From positions 768,001 through 832,000 of the forward strand of contig CBDFGR010000003.1 of NCBI GenBank assembly GCA_965247115.1: a DNA stretch of 64,000 nt. Reading direction: 5' to 3'. This document shows positions 46,091 to 55,941 of the stretch, one piece after another (the first letter of the stretch is position 1; each line of letters opens with the position of its first letter). Both the position numbers and the translations under genes were made by a program. The notes under the pieces were generated by a model that worked only from the letters and a program-made list of their open reading frames with translations, was not told the DNA's origin and did not search any database. This DNA comes from Myxococcota bacterium (lineage in GTDB: Bacteria; Myxococcota_A; UBA9160; SZUA-336).

Positions 46091-46196
46091 TCCGTGGCAG
46101 CTCGAAGCAGGCTGAGGCGAGCGGGATCGGTTCGCACGGGCGTGCGGTTCAGGCCTCAACCTGACGGGTCGATGACGCCGTCAGCGAGGTCACGGT

Positions 46197-46961
46197 TTGG
46201 GACGAGCTCGAGGACGCATCCTCCTCACCGCAGTAGTGCTGCTTGGCTCCGTCTGGGCCGGCAGCGCTCACGGCGACCAGGTCTATCGCTGGGTCGAGAA
46301 GAATGGATCCGTCCACTTCTCGGATTCTTACTACGACGTCCCACCGGAGTACCAGCAACAGGTCTCCAGGAGTGAGGATTTCGGCGATCGCCTGACCGTC
46401 ATTGAGGGTCTGAACAAGCAGCTCGGACCTGCTCGTGACCCGACCCAGGGAGGTCCACCCGGCGAGCCTACCGAGCCGCAGGACTCCGCGCGGACCGTTC
46501 CCGACCTCTCCGGGATTTCCAACCTCTCCGATTTGTCCGATCTCTCCAAGCTGTCGCTCGGAGCCGGCGCCATCGTCGGACTCGCGCTCCTGTTCCCGGT
46601 CTTGATCTTCGTCGGTCTGGCCATCGCCTCCGTCATCCTGATCAGCGCCTGCAACATGGTGGACCAGGAGCCACCGAGCCTGTGGCGCGGAATGTGGATC
46701 AGCTTCGTCTGTTCGGCATTCCCGAACTTGGTTCAGACACTCCTGTTCTGGGGAGTCGATGTCTCTCGCTTCGGCATCGCAGGCCTGCTCGGCCTTCTGG
46801 TCCTTGCACTGGCGCTCAACGTTCTCGTGCTACGGGGACTGCTCTGCAAGACGTTCGGCAAGGCCGTAGCCGTCCTGTTAGCTCAGCTCCTCATCGCGTT
46901 TGTCATCGGCGTCGTCATCTTCGGTGTCGTTCTCCTTGGCTCCTGCGTGCTCGCCGCATGA
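46197..46961 (+). CDS. DUF4124-type N-terminal domain plus multi-TM membrane protein
   Basis: Signal, VYRW...G.VHFSD....VP..Y; C-terminal TMs. Confidence 0.8.
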   Translation: MGRARGRILLTAVVLLGSVWAGSAHGDQVYRWVEKNGSVHFSDSYYDVPPEYQQQVSRSEDFGDRLTVIEGLNKQLGPARDPTQGGPPGEPTEPQDSARTVPDLSGISNLSDLSDLSKLSLGAGAIVGLALLFPVLIFVGLAIASVILISACNMVDQEPPSLWRGMWISFVCSAFPNLVQTLLFWGVDVSRFGIAGLLGLLVLALALNVLVLRGLLCKTFGKAVAVLLAQLLIAFVIGVVIFGVVLLGSCVLAA

Positions 46962-47079
46962 CAGGCGACACTGGCGCTGACTGTGCGTGCGGCAGCCCTT
47001 TCCTTTTTCGCCTAAGGATCCGCACGACCTCGACCCGATAACAGTCCCCGGGGAACCATTTTCCGTGGGGTGGCTCGCC

Positions 47080-48147
47080 ATGCCGAGATCGCGATTTCGA
47101 ACTATCTTTGTCTATCGGGCGCTTGCCGCCTTCCTTTGCCTGAGCCTTGCCGGTTGCAGCATCAAGGACAGCTACGTTGGGCAGCTGATCGGGCACGGCT
47201 GGTCGCAGAACGAGTTTGAGGGGCAGGTCCTTCGCGGGACGGAGGGACGTGGCGCCGAACGTCTCGCTTCCGAGCGCAAGTTCGATCCCGCGATCAATCA
47301 GTGGGTCGAGCTGCACGGAACTCCAGACTACTTCGTGATCCTGCCAGGAGACACGATCGAGTTCTGCTACATCAAAGAGGATCGAGTCGTCGAGTTCACC
47401 AAGGCGGACTGGATCTCGAGCAGCACGCCCGAGGTGGTCGACGTGATCCCGGAGAGGCTCTCCAATTTCTTCGTCCTCAAGGACAGAGAGCGCCTGGCTG
47501 CCCAGCGAGGGGCCGCCGAGGCCAAGTCGAAGGCGACAGCGTCGGCCCGCATCGCGAGGGCCACGCGCAGGCGCACGCAGGCTGCCAATAGACTGCGGCC
47601 GAATACTCCACAGCGGACGTCTCCCGCAGCTCCCAGCAGATCCTCGGCCAGCGTACCGAGCGTCCCGCGCGGAGGCCGTCTCAACCCGGATTGGCGGATC
47701 GGAGAGAAGCGAAAGCTCGGGATCGGGATCTTCAAGGAGCTGGTCGCGGAGCACTCCGGCTGGAGCATCTGGTGGAGCCAGAGCGGGTCCTTCAGTCCCA
47801 GGTGCTATGCCCAGAAGTTCGCTTTCCAGACCTCGGGCCTCACGCCGCCGTGGGTCGAGCTGGTGATCATGCTGGGCACCGAGAGCCCAAAGACGCACGT
47901 GAGCTTCGAAGGACCGGGCGGATCCGAGCACCAGGGCGCGAAGATCGAGATCGATGGCAAGTACTATGTCTCCGTCTCGGAGGGCGACATTCCCGGCCTG
48001 GAGGGGAAGAGCGCTGACTTCGAGGTGACGATGGGCGCGTGGGAACACCTCGACACGACCACCACTCGAGGGCGGATCGACCTCCGGGGCATCTCTCGCG
48101 CGCACGAGCTTGCCAAGAAGTGCGCCACAAGCCACGCGAGCTCATAG
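47080..48147 (+). CDS. Hypothetical lipoprotein
   Basis: Lipobox LAG-C; two domains with basic linker. Confidence 0.7.
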   Translation: MPRSRFRTIFVYRALAAFLCLSLAGCSIKDSYVGQLIGHGWSQNEFEGQVLRGTEGRGAERLASERKFDPAINQWVELHGTPDYFVILPGDTIEFCYIKEDRVVEFTKADWISSSTPEVVDVIPERLSNFFVLKDRERLAAQRGAAEAKSKATASARIARATRRRTQAANRLRPNTPQRTSPAAPSRSSASVPSVPRGGRLNPDWRIGEKRKLGIGIFKELVAEHSGWSIWWSQSGSFSPRCYAQKFAFQTSGLTPPWVELVIMLGTESPKTHVSFEGPGGSEHQGAKIEIDGKYYVSVSEGDIPGLEGKSADFEVTMGAWEHLDTTTTRGRIDLRGISRAHELAKKCATSHASS

Positions 48148-48187
48148 ATCCCGAGTCCCCCGAGAGCAAGGTCGCTATACTCGCAGC

Positions 48188-48481
48188 ATGAGCTTCCGGG
48201 TTCGCTTCCACGACACTCCTCACTCCGATCGGATCAAGCAGGAGTGTGAGGACATGGCGTCGCAGCTCTACGACGAGTTCCAGGGAACCTCCAAGGTCGA
48301 GCTGAGCCTCAATCGCTCCGGCGAGGACTTCGAAGCGCACGTTCACGTCACCGGCAAGGACATCGACATCGCCGCGGCGGCGCAGCATCGCGCGATTCGC
48401 GATGCGGCCGTCGAGGCGATCGACCGCGCGCGCAAGCAGCTCCGCAAGCACCGGGACAAGCTGCTCGATCGGCACCGCTAA
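48188..48481 (+). CDS. HPF/RaiA ribosome-associated protein (short form)
   Basis: V.F....S..I, V.L.L, AH....G..I.A.A......A..EA.D...KQLRK..DK. Confidence 0.8.
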   Translation: MSFRVRFHDTPHSDRIKQECEDMASQLYDEFQGTSKVELSLNRSGEDFEAHVHVTGKDIDIAAAAQHRAIRDAAVEAIDRARKQLRKHRDKLLDRHR

Positions 48482-48509
48482 GAAGGCGTGAACGTCGGGA
48501 CGTGCGGCG

Positions 48510-49823
48510 CTAGCGCGCGGTGGCAATTCCATCGGGCGAGACGGGGCCGCCGTGACCGAAGATGAAGCCCTGACCGTACTCGATCCCCAGGTCCTGAATC
48601 GCCTCGAGCTCTGAGCGGGTCTCGATGCCCTCCGCGATCACCGTAGAGCTCATCTTCTCCGACAGGCTGCGCAACCCTCGCAGCGCTTCCTGCTTCTGTG
48701 GGTTGCCCTCGATCCCGCGCACGAGAGACATGTCGATCTTCAGATAGCGGGGGTTCAGCTCGAGCGCCGCCTCCAGGCTCGAGAATCCAGCACCGGTGTC
48801 GTCCAGCGCGATTTCGAAGCCGAGCCGCGAAAAGTGATCGATGGCCTCCCGGAAGATCGGATAGTTCGCGATCGCCTGACGCTCGGATATCTCCAGGACA
48901 AGGTTGTGCGGCGAGAGTCCCAGCTCGCCGAGCATCTCCCTCACCCGCGCGCCCGCAAAGTCGGGGTCGTGAATGCTGCTCGGCAGGATGTTCAGGAAGA
49001 GCTTCTGGTCGGGCTGGATGCCCTGCGCGTTGCGGAGGGCCTGTCTGCGGCACAGGTTGTCGAGCTCGTACTCAAAGCCACAGCTCTCGGCAATCGAGAA
49101 CAGGTTGAGTGGGCTCTCTAGACCGCTCCCGGATGGGCCGCGGGAGAGCGCCTCGTAGCCAGTGATCTTCAGGTCCGACAGCTGCACGATCGGCTCGAAG
49201 ACGGAGTCGACCGTCTCCTCTAGCAGCAGACGCTCGAGCGTCTGTGCGCGTTCGCAGCTCGAGCGCTCGAGCTCAAAGTGAGCGGTGCGCAGGCTGGTGT
49301 TGACGAGACCCCGGATCTGGCTCTCGATGCGATAGAACGGGCGGTTGAAACCGATCCCCGAACCCACCGGAAGGTCCGGCGCTCGATACAAGTACGGGTA
49401 GACGATCCCCTTCAGACAGATTGCGACATACGCGCGAAGCTCCTGCGTCAAGAGCGGCAGCTCCTCCGCGTAGAATCCCGTGTTCGACCGGTCCCGGGGA
49501 ATGAAGATCAGGATGTGCTCGTCCTCGAGAGCTCCCGAGGCAACGCGAAACTCGTCGCCGATCTCGTCGAGGAGACGCGTGCGCACACGACCGGCGAGTC
49601 CCTCGATGGTGCGCCGGTACGGCCGGGCGCCGTACAGGCGCTCGATTTCGAGTAGAGGACTGACGTCGATGAGGATCAGCGCAACCGCGCCGTTCTTGGC
49701 GAGTCCATCCGCGAGAGCGGACAGATGCTCGCCGAGAGGTGTCAGGCCCCGTGCGTTAGCGACGGAGTCTTCCGGGCCCCCTGGCAAGGTAGCTCTGCTG
49801 GCCGGGCCGGCTCCCACGCCCAT
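48510..49823 (-). CDS. EAL c-di-GMP phosphodiesterase with degenerate GGDEF-like N-terminus
   Basis: YEALSR, LFLN, LEISE, ALDD.G.GFSSL, LKID, IAEGIET, GQG; start uncertain. Confidence 0.9.
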   Translation of the reverse strand: MGVGAGPASRATLPGGPEDSVANARGLTPLGEHLSALADGLAKNGAVALILIDVSPLLEIERLYGARPYRRTIEGLAGRVRTRLLDEIGDEFRVASGALEDEHILIFIPRDRSNTGFYAEELPLLTQELRAYVAICLKGIVYPYLYRAPDLPVGSGIGFNRPFYRIESQIRGLVNTSLRTAHFELERSSCERAQTLERLLLEETVDSVFEPIVQLSDLKITGYEALSRGPSGSGLESPLNLFSIAESCGFEYELDNLCRRQALRNAQGIQPDQKLFLNILPSSIHDPDFAGARVREMLGELGLSPHNLVLEISERQAIANYPIFREAIDHFSRLGFEIALDDTGAGFSSLEAALELNPRYLKIDMSLVRGIEGNPQKQEALRGLRSLSEKMSSTVIAEGIETRSELEAIQDLGIEYGQGFIFGHGGPVSPDGIATAR

Positions 49824-49859
49824 CTCCCGATAACCGTTTACCGGCGCCTAGATCGGTAG

Positions 49860-49884
49860 GCTTGGTTCAAATCTTGAACCAAGC
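49860..49884. promoter_or_regulatory. Perfect 11-bp inverted repeat upstream of EAL gene
   Basis: GCTTGGTTCAA-atc-TTGAACCAAGC. Confidence 0.55.
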
Positions 49885-49899
49885 GTCAGCGGCCCTTAG

Positions 49900-51174
49900 C
49901 AGGCTGCGGAGAAAGTGACTGGTTGAGGGGTGGTCCTTCCGACGAGGGGGTTCACCGGCCGAGGGGCGGGGCGCGATTCCCGGTTCGAACCGGTCTTGGG
50001 CTCCGCTGATCGCGGGGCGGTTTCGCACATGACCTACGTGGCCTCCAGCAGCTTGCGGATCCGGATCAGGTTGTAGGCTGCGGCCGTGAAGGTGAAGACC
50101 CAGCCGACCCGATCCGTGCCGCGGTGTCGGGTCTTGCGCATCAGCCCCACGGTCTTCATCCAGCCGAAGACCTCTTCCACCCGTTTGCGAAAACGCTGAC
50201 TCAGTTCGTAGCCCCGGTGGCGCGTCGTCCGCCCGTCGATCGCGCTGCGTCGATTCGTCGTGTTCTGCGCCACGTGTGGGGTCACGCCCAACTCTCGAAG
50301 CTCTTCCACGAACCCCTTCGTGTCGAAGCCCTTGTCTCCGCCCAATGTCCTCCGACGCCCGCCTCCCAGACCTTCCACCATCTCGAGCGCCGCTTCGCGC
50401 TCCGCATATCCCGACGCCTGCGTGAGCTTCGCCGCGACCACCAAGCCGTTCCGGTTCTCCGTCACCACGTGTCCCTGGTACGCGAGTCGGGCGCCTTGGC
50501 CTCTCATACCGGCGAGTCGTGCGTCGGGATCCGTCGTCGACGCATGCGTCTGGTTGCTCCGCTTCTCGCCTCGGAAGTTCACCGTCGGGTTGCCCGGGTC
50601 ATCGTCGTCTCTCCGTTCCTCGTCCTTCCGTACGAAGCTCTTCTGGCTCGCCCACGCCTCGATCAGCGTCCCGTCTACCGTGAAGTGCTCCAACGACACC
50701 CATCCCTCGGTCTCGGCCTGCTCCAGCACTGCGTCGAAGAAGTGCTCGGCAATCTCGCCCTTGAGCAGCCGGTCTCGGTTCTTCGTGAACACCGTGGCGC
50801 TGAACACCACCTCGTCAAGCTCCAGACCCACGAACCAGCGATACAGCAGGTTGTACTCCAGCTGCTCCACCAGCTGCCGCTCGCTCCGGATGGTGTAGAG
50901 CACCTGCAGCAGCAGGGCGCGCAGCAGCTGCTCCGGGGGCACGGACGGGCGCCCTACGCCTCTGGCGTAGATCGCGTCGAAGCGCGGCGATAGCCGCTGC
51001 AGCGCCGTGTCGACCATGCGCCGCATCGCTCGAAGCGGATGATCATCCGGAATCCGCGACTCCAGCGACACGTAGCTGAACATCCCGCCCTGAAGCGTCC
51101 CCTGTCCTCTCACGCCTCCCCCTTTGGGGCTCGCTCCCAAGGTACCCTTCGATGAGGAGTTTTTCAGCAGCCTG
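49900..51174 (-). mobile_element. IS5-family insertion sequence (1275 bp) with TTAG target duplication
   Basis: IRs CAGGCTGCGGAGAAA / CAGGCTGCTGAAAAA; TTAG at 49896-49899 and 51175-51178. Confidence 0.93.
50034..51113 (-). CDS. IS5-family transposase
   Basis: MFSYVSLE.R.P.DHPLR, GRPS.PPE.LLRA, VDGTLIEAWAS, GDKG.D, RKRVEE.FGW.K. Confidence 0.95.
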   Translation of the reverse strand: MRGQGTLQGGMFSYVSLESRIPDDHPLRAMRRMVDTALQRLSPRFDAIYARGVGRPSVPPEQLLRALLLQVLYTIRSERQLVEQLEYNLLYRWFVGLELDEVVFSATVFTKNRDRLLKGEIAEHFFDAVLEQAETEGWVSLEHFTVDGTLIEAWASQKSFVRKDEERRDDDDPGNPTVNFRGEKRSNQTHASTTDPDARLAGMRGQGARLAYQGHVVTENRNGLVVAAKLTQASGYAEREAALEMVEGLGGGRRRTLGGDKGFDTKGFVEELRELGVTPHVAQNTTNRRSAIDGRTTRHRGYELSQRFRKRVEEVFGWMKTVGLMRKTRHRGTDRVGWVFTFTAAAYNLIRIRKLLEAT

Positions 51175-51369
51175 TTAGAGGCTCCGCTCGTCCTGACCCT
51201 CGTCTACCGGGATGTCGAGCTCATAGAAGATGCTGATGGTGACATGATCTCCGGACTCGCTCTGAACCAGGTGATGCACCTGGCAGAGCGTGGCCTCGAG
51301 AAACTTGTTCACCTCTTCTTCGAGCTCCTTGGGCAAACCCCGAAACACGACGCAGCGCAGTCGGCTCAC
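51175..51369 (-). CDS. Small hypothetical protein
   Basis: LE.EVN.FL ... ISIFYE; GGGGAG RBS; stop lies in the IS target duplication. Confidence 0.7.
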   Translation of the reverse strand: MSRLRCVVFRGLPKELEEEVNKFLEATLCQVHHLVQSESGDHVTISIFYELDIPVDEGQDERSL

Positions 51370-51387
51370 TCTCCCCCCAAGCAGAGT

Positions 51388-52536
51388 CTAGTAGCGCGGC
51401 ACGGAAGGATCGACTTCCAACGACCAGGCGTCGATCCCGCCTTGCAGGTTCTCGACCTGCGAGAATCCCTTGGAGACAAGCAGCTGGCACGCATGGCGGC
51501 TACGGGCTCCGCTGTGGCAGTGCAGGACGACGGGGCGCTCCTTCCAGTGCTCGAGCTCTCCGAATGCGCCCTCGATCTGACCCAGGGGGATCAGCTGAGC
51601 TCCCTCGATATGCGCCAGCTCGACCTCGAAGGGCTCCCTCACATCGATCAGGAGGAGATCCTCGCCCGCGTCGAGGCGCGCCTTCAGGCTGACGGGCGTG
51701 AGCTCTGGAATCATGCTTGTGCCCTCCTCCGTACTCGCGGCGGCGCAGAACGCCTCGTAGTCGATAGGCTCGGTAATGGTTGGGGATTTCCCGCAGACCG
51801 AGCAGTCCGGATCCTTCGGAATCTTGAACTCGCGGAACTCCATGGCGAGAGCGTCGTAGACGAGGAGCCGGCCGATCAGCGGCTCTCCCTCACCCAGGAG
51901 GAGCTTGAGGACCTCTGTGCTCTGGAGCAGACCGATCACTCCCGGAACGACGCCCAGCACTCCGGCCTCCGCGCAGTTCGGAGCGAGCTCCGGAGGCGGA
52001 GGCTCAGGGAACAGACAGCGGTAACAGGGGCCACGCGAAGCGTCGAAGACGGCAACTTGCCCTTCGAAGCGCATCACGCTGCCGTAGACCAGGGGCTTTC
52101 CGAGCCAGACGGCCACATCGTTCGTCAAATAGCGACTCGGAAACGTGTCGGTGCCGTCCAGGATCACGTCATACTCTTCGAGGATCCGTTCAGCATTCGC
52201 GGCCAGGAGCTTCTCGTCGTGAACGATGACGTTGACGTCGGGATTCTGGCCGCCGAGTCGTTCGCGAGCGACCTCTACCTTCGCGCGGCCTACGTCGGAA
52301 GTGCCGAAGAGCACCTGGCGCTGAAGGTTCGAGGCATCGACGCGATCGAAGTCGACGATACCGAGCGTGCCGACTCCTGCGGCACACAGGTACATTGCGG
52401 ACGGACAGCCGAGACCACCGGCTCCGATCAGCAGCACCCTGGCGTCGAGGAGCTTGCTTTGGCCCTCGGGGCCGACCCCATCGAGCAAGAGGTGGCGCTT
52501 GTAGCGCTCGAGCTGCTCTCGCTTCAGCTCCGCCAT
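51388..52536 (-). CDS. moeB: MoeB/ThiF adenylyltransferase fused to rhodanese (MoeZ/MoeBR type)
   Basis: RY.RH..L, IGAGGLG, SNLQRQ, CYRCL, C.EAGVLG, C..CG, DVREP.E, CHSG.RS, D...P.Y. Confidence 0.93.
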   Translation of the reverse strand: MAELKREQLERYKRHLLLDGVGPEGQSKLLDARVLLIGAGGLGCPSAMYLCAAGVGTLGIVDFDRVDASNLQRQVLFGTSDVGRAKVEVARERLGGQNPDVNVIVHDEKLLAANAERILEEYDVILDGTDTFPSRYLTNDVAVWLGKPLVYGSVMRFEGQVAVFDASRGPCYRCLFPEPPPPELAPNCAEAGVLGVVPGVIGLLQSTEVLKLLLGEGEPLIGRLLVYDALAMEFREFKIPKDPDCSVCGKSPTITEPIDYEAFCAAASTEEGTSMIPELTPVSLKARLDAGEDLLLIDVREPFEVELAHIEGAQLIPLGQIEGAFGELEHWKERPVVLHCHSGARSRHACQLLVSKGFSQVENLQGGIDAWSLEVDPSVPRY

Positions 52537-52690
52537 GACCGGATCAAGGGTAGCCGTAGCTCCGGTACCAGGCAATCCCGCGATTTTGCTAGCTTTCTTC
52601 CACAGGTCCGGTCAGAGAGGCGTCGACGTCCCACACCTGGATGGTGATGTCCCGCTTGACAGCCTTCGATCGGAGCCCAGCGTAGGCCCC

Positions 52691-53056
52691 ATGCACAGCC
52701 CGATAGATCCCACCGAAGCCATCCGCTGCCTACAGCAGCTCTCCGTCGCGGGAGAGCTCGCACGCGTAGACATCAGCGAGGTTGCGCGCGCCGAGGGCCT
52801 GGCGACCGATCGTGTGCAAACGATTCTCGACTCGATGGTACGGGCCGGCTTCGTCGAGTGCTCGCACGACCGCTACCGGCTGGTGCGCACGCCGGCAAGC
52901 ATTCTCGTTGCAGACGTCTGGGCCGCTCTGAACGAGACCGCAGCTGCACCGCGGCCTCGGGGCGTCCCCGGATCGCCGGGCGCAACCACGATCGCGGATC
53001 TTCTCGACTGGGAGTCGAGGATCTTCGAGCACGGGCCGATCGCGCACGCCGCCTGA
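52691..53056 (+). CDS. Rrf2-like winged-helix regulator (no Fe-S cysteine triad)
   Basis: I.E.A...G......IL..M.RAG.V, Y.L.R.PA.I.V.DV..AL, T.IADL. Confidence 0.7.
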   Translation: MHSPIDPTEAIRCLQQLSVAGELARVDISEVARAEGLATDRVQTILDSMVRAGFVECSHDRYRLVRTPASILVADVWAALNETAAAPRPRGVPGSPGATTIADLLDWESRIFEHGPIAHAA

Positions 53057-53075
53057 AGGCGTTGCAGGGCGGGGT

Positions 53076-53183
53076 CTAGGCGTCGCGATCCGCGATGACG
53101 ATGATCAAGCCAAGCACCGCTGGCAAGGCGAACACGGCGAATACGGCGCCGGCCAGGATCAGCACGTGAGTTGGGTCTTCCAT
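53076..53183 (-). CDS. 35-aa single-TM small protein
   Basis: AGGAG RBS; MEDPTHVLILAGAVFAVFALPAVLGLIIVIADRDA. Confidence 0.5.
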   Translation of the reverse strand: MEDPTHVLILAGAVFAVFALPAVLGLIIVIADRDA

Positions 53184-53242
53184 GACGCTCCTAGGAGCCT
53201 CCGTTTAGCAGGCCGGCGGCACGCGGTCAACGAGCCAAGGAC

Positions 53243-54151
53243 CTAGCTCCTCCGCAGGATGATCTGCGCGATCCGCTGGCGATCGTTGCCCTCGGACATG
53301 ATGCTGAGCTTCACGGTCGAGCCGTCTCCCGCGGCTTCGAAGAGTCCGCCCGGGAGCTTGCAGGGAATCCGCATGAAGGCCGTGAACAGGTTGTCTCCAA
53401 GCTCCCCGATCTGACCCTCGAACACGCGTCCGTCCTTCAAGCGGATCCAGAGCTCGTGCTGCTGCTTTCGCTCTCCTTCGAAATCGGGCTCGTAGATGGC
53501 CACCTCGGCCCGCAGGTCGTCGACGGGAAGGCCATCGATCCGGAGCTCCGCAAGCGCCGTTCGAGAGAAGTCCAGCTCGACGGTGGGGGAACCTGCCGTG
53601 AAAGGACGGGTACGGTTCCCTATCCAGTAGGTGATGCGGGGTTCATCGTTCAGCTTGATCGTGTAACTCGATAGCAGGCCCCGCCGCACCTTATCCAGCA
53701 GCTCCGGGTTGAAGAGCTTGGTTGCTCGAGAGCGGCCAAAGACAAAACCATCGAGCGTCGCATCCACGTTGTACACCGCGAGCGCACCGCTGAAGGTCTC
53801 TCCCTCGGTCTGGCCGCACGTCGCAGTGGGTCCATCGTAGAGAATGAACGGATACAGACCGGTCTCGAGCCAGAGCGGCTCGCCAGATGGGTGATCAACG
53901 GGAAAGGCGGTGCGCTGACCGTCAAAACAGAGCTGGTAGTCCCGCGGCTCCGCTATGAACGCCGCGAGCACGGCTCGTCGTCCGTCTCTCCCGAGTGACG
54001 CGTAGAGATTCTCGTACAGCCGAGGATCTTCCCGCAGAAAGCCGTAGACCTGGTAGCGCGGCCGCACGTCGGACAAGCTGCGCGTCCCGCAGCCGAGCGC
54101 AAACGCGACAAGCGCCACGGAGAGCGCGACCCTGCAGCATGTTCCTGCCAT
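53243..54151 (-). CDS. Hypothetical lipoprotein
   Basis: Lipobox ALG-C. Confidence 0.7.
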   Translation of the reverse strand: MAGTCCRVALSVALVAFALGCGTRSLSDVRPRYQVYGFLREDPRLYENLYASLGRDGRRAVLAAFIAEPRDYQLCFDGQRTAFPVDHPSGEPLWLETGLYPFILYDGPTATCGQTEGETFSGALAVYNVDATLDGFVFGRSRATKLFNPELLDKVRRGLLSSYTIKLNDEPRITYWIGNRTRPFTAGSPTVELDFSRTALAELRIDGLPVDDLRAEVAIYEPDFEGERKQQHELWIRLKDGRVFEGQIGELGDNLFTAFMRIPCKLPGGLFEAAGDGSTVKLSIMSEGNDRQRIAQIILRRS

Positions 54152-54283
54152 CCGGTTCTCCACCGCCTCTGCGGATTGGTCGGCCGAGGTGGAAGCCCGC
54201 TTTAGTCAGCAGGCTGCTCCAGACGCCGCAGGATCTCGACCCACCGCTCGAGCAGGCCAACTCTAGGCTGGTGCGAGTTTGGG

Positions 54284-54370
54284 TGGTGCCGGAGGTGGGA
54301 CTCGAACCCACAAGGGAATACTCCCGCGCGATTTTGAGTCGCGTGCGTATACCAATTCCGCCACTCCGGC
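54284..54370 (-). tRNA. tRNA-Leu(CAA)
   Basis: GCCGGAGTGGCGGAATTGGTATACGCA CGCGA CT-CAA-AA TCGCG ... GTGGGTTCGAGTCCCAC CTCCGGC A CCA. Confidence 0.97.
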
Positions 54371-54598
54371 AGCTAAGAGAATCAGGTAGTTAGGGGAAGC
54401 TGGGCACCGCCTAGAATCCCAGGTGACAATGGGTGACAGAATCTAGCTGGCCAGCATGTCCACATCAGCCGGAGAGGGTGCCTGAGACCGGCAGCGGGGT
54501 CGACCCCGCCCTGCCCTGCTCGGGTTCGTGGAGGTGCATACTGTATTCTGCGCGGATGTAGATCACCTCTGCAGCACCCTCAAGCCAAGGAGAACGAC

Positions 54599-55120
54599 GT
54601 GTCCATCTCATTCCACGAGGCGAGTGTCGGAAGCTACCTGCAAATCCTGGACGGGGTCGCCGGAGCTCTCAACAAGGGGGCGGACCACGTCGCCGAAGCA
54701 GGGCTCGACCTGCAAGAAGTCGTCATGACGCGGCTGCGTGACGACATGATGCCTCTCCACTTCCAGGTCGTGTCCGTCGCCCACCATTCGTGGGGCGCGA
54801 TACAAGGCCTTCAGAAGGGCAGCTTCAGCCCACCTTCCTTCGACCTCGACAAGGACTACGCGGGCCTTCGAGCCCTGGTCGCCGAGGCACGCAGGGGACT
54901 CGCCGGGCTCGACGAAGCTGAGGTCGAAGCGCTCGCGGAGAAGTCGATGGTGTTCAAGATGGGGAAGAACGAGCTCCCATTCACGAATCAGAACTTCCTG
55001 CTATCGTTCTCGCTCCCTAATTTCTACTTCCACGCCACGACCACGTACGACATCTTGCGCGTGCTGGGTGTGCCCCTCGGCAAGATGGACTTTCTCGGGC
55101 AGATGAAGATGGGAACCTGA
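54599..55120 (+). CDS. DUF1993 (DinB-like) protein
   Basis: RL..DM.PL.FQV, PNFYFH.TT.Y.ILR..GV.LGK.DF. Confidence 0.92.
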   Translation: MSISFHEASVGSYLQILDGVAGALNKGADHVAEAGLDLQEVVMTRLRDDMMPLHFQVVSVAHHSWGAIQGLQKGSFSPPSFDLDKDYAGLRALVAEARRGLAGLDEAEVEALAEKSMVFKMGKNELPFTNQNFLLSFSLPNFYFHATTTYDILRVLGVPLGKMDFLGQMKMGT

Positions 55121-55167
55121 GCAGCGGCGAGCCTTCCTACGCGGTGAAAGTCATAGGGAGACAAGAC

Positions 55168-55824
55168 ATGAGCAGGCTGTACAGCGAAAAACACCGCGAG
55201 CTGCACGACCGGTTCGATACGAGGAGACTAGCGGACCGGCTGGAAGCGGTAACGGTCCGGAGCGAGATCGACGCAGCAGCGAAGGCCTTCATCGAGAGCC
55301 GCGACATGTTCTTTCTCTCGACGGTCGACCCATCGGGACGCCCCACCGTGTCGTACAAGGGAGGCGATCCGGGCTTCGTCCGTGTGCTCGATGACCAGAC
55401 AATCGCGTTCCCGAGCTACAACGGAAACGGGATGTTCTACTCGATGGGGAACATCGTCGGGAACGAACAGGTCGGGCTGCTGTTCATCGACTTCGAAACG
55501 CCGCAACGCCTGCGTTTCCATGGCGAGGCGCGTGTTGAGACCGAGGACCCCCTACAGCAAGAGTATCCCGAGGCCGAGCTCGTTATACGAGTGGTGCTCT
55601 CCGAGCTGTTCATCAATTGCCCGCGCTACATCCACCGTTATCGGAAGGTCGAGTCATCCCGGTACGTGCCCCGAGAGGCCAGCAAGACGCCGTTCGCCGA
55701 GTGGAAGCGGATCGACGGGCTCCAAGACGTCCTCCCCGCTGCGGACCAAGGCCGGGCCGAGCAGGCCGGTGGGGTGCTGACGATGGCGGAGTACTCGGGG
55801 AAGGTTCAGTCGGGAGAGGGGTAG
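55168..55824 (+). CDS. Pyridoxamine 5'-phosphate oxidase family FMN-binding protein
   Basis: FFL.T....G.P..SYKGG..GFV, YNGNGM..S.GN, VGLLFIDF, NCPRYIH. Confidence 0.92.
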   Translation: MSRLYSEKHRELHDRFDTRRLADRLEAVTVRSEIDAAAKAFIESRDMFFLSTVDPSGRPTVSYKGGDPGFVRVLDDQTIAFPSYNGNGMFYSMGNIVGNEQVGLLFIDFETPQRLRFHGEARVETEDPLQQEYPEAELVIRVVLSELFINCPRYIHRYRKVESSRYVPREASKTPFAEWKRIDGLQDVLPAADQGRAEQAGGVLTMAEYSGKVQSGEG

Positions 55825-55941
55825 GTGCCGCGGTGGCGCGCGGAGGCTCGACCGGGTGCTTTTGAATCGGCGGGACGGGACGATTACTATCGGGGACACC
55901 GGTGGCAGCAGGATTCCTATGCCACGCACAACGAGGGAGCG

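Noticed and set aside
51124..52647. 507-aa plus-strand ORF and similar long shadow ORFs (e.g. 9392-10669, 18323-19612, 22626-23849, 42059-43465)
   Set aside because: Antisense to well-supported genes, no recognisable motifs; expected in high-GC DNA
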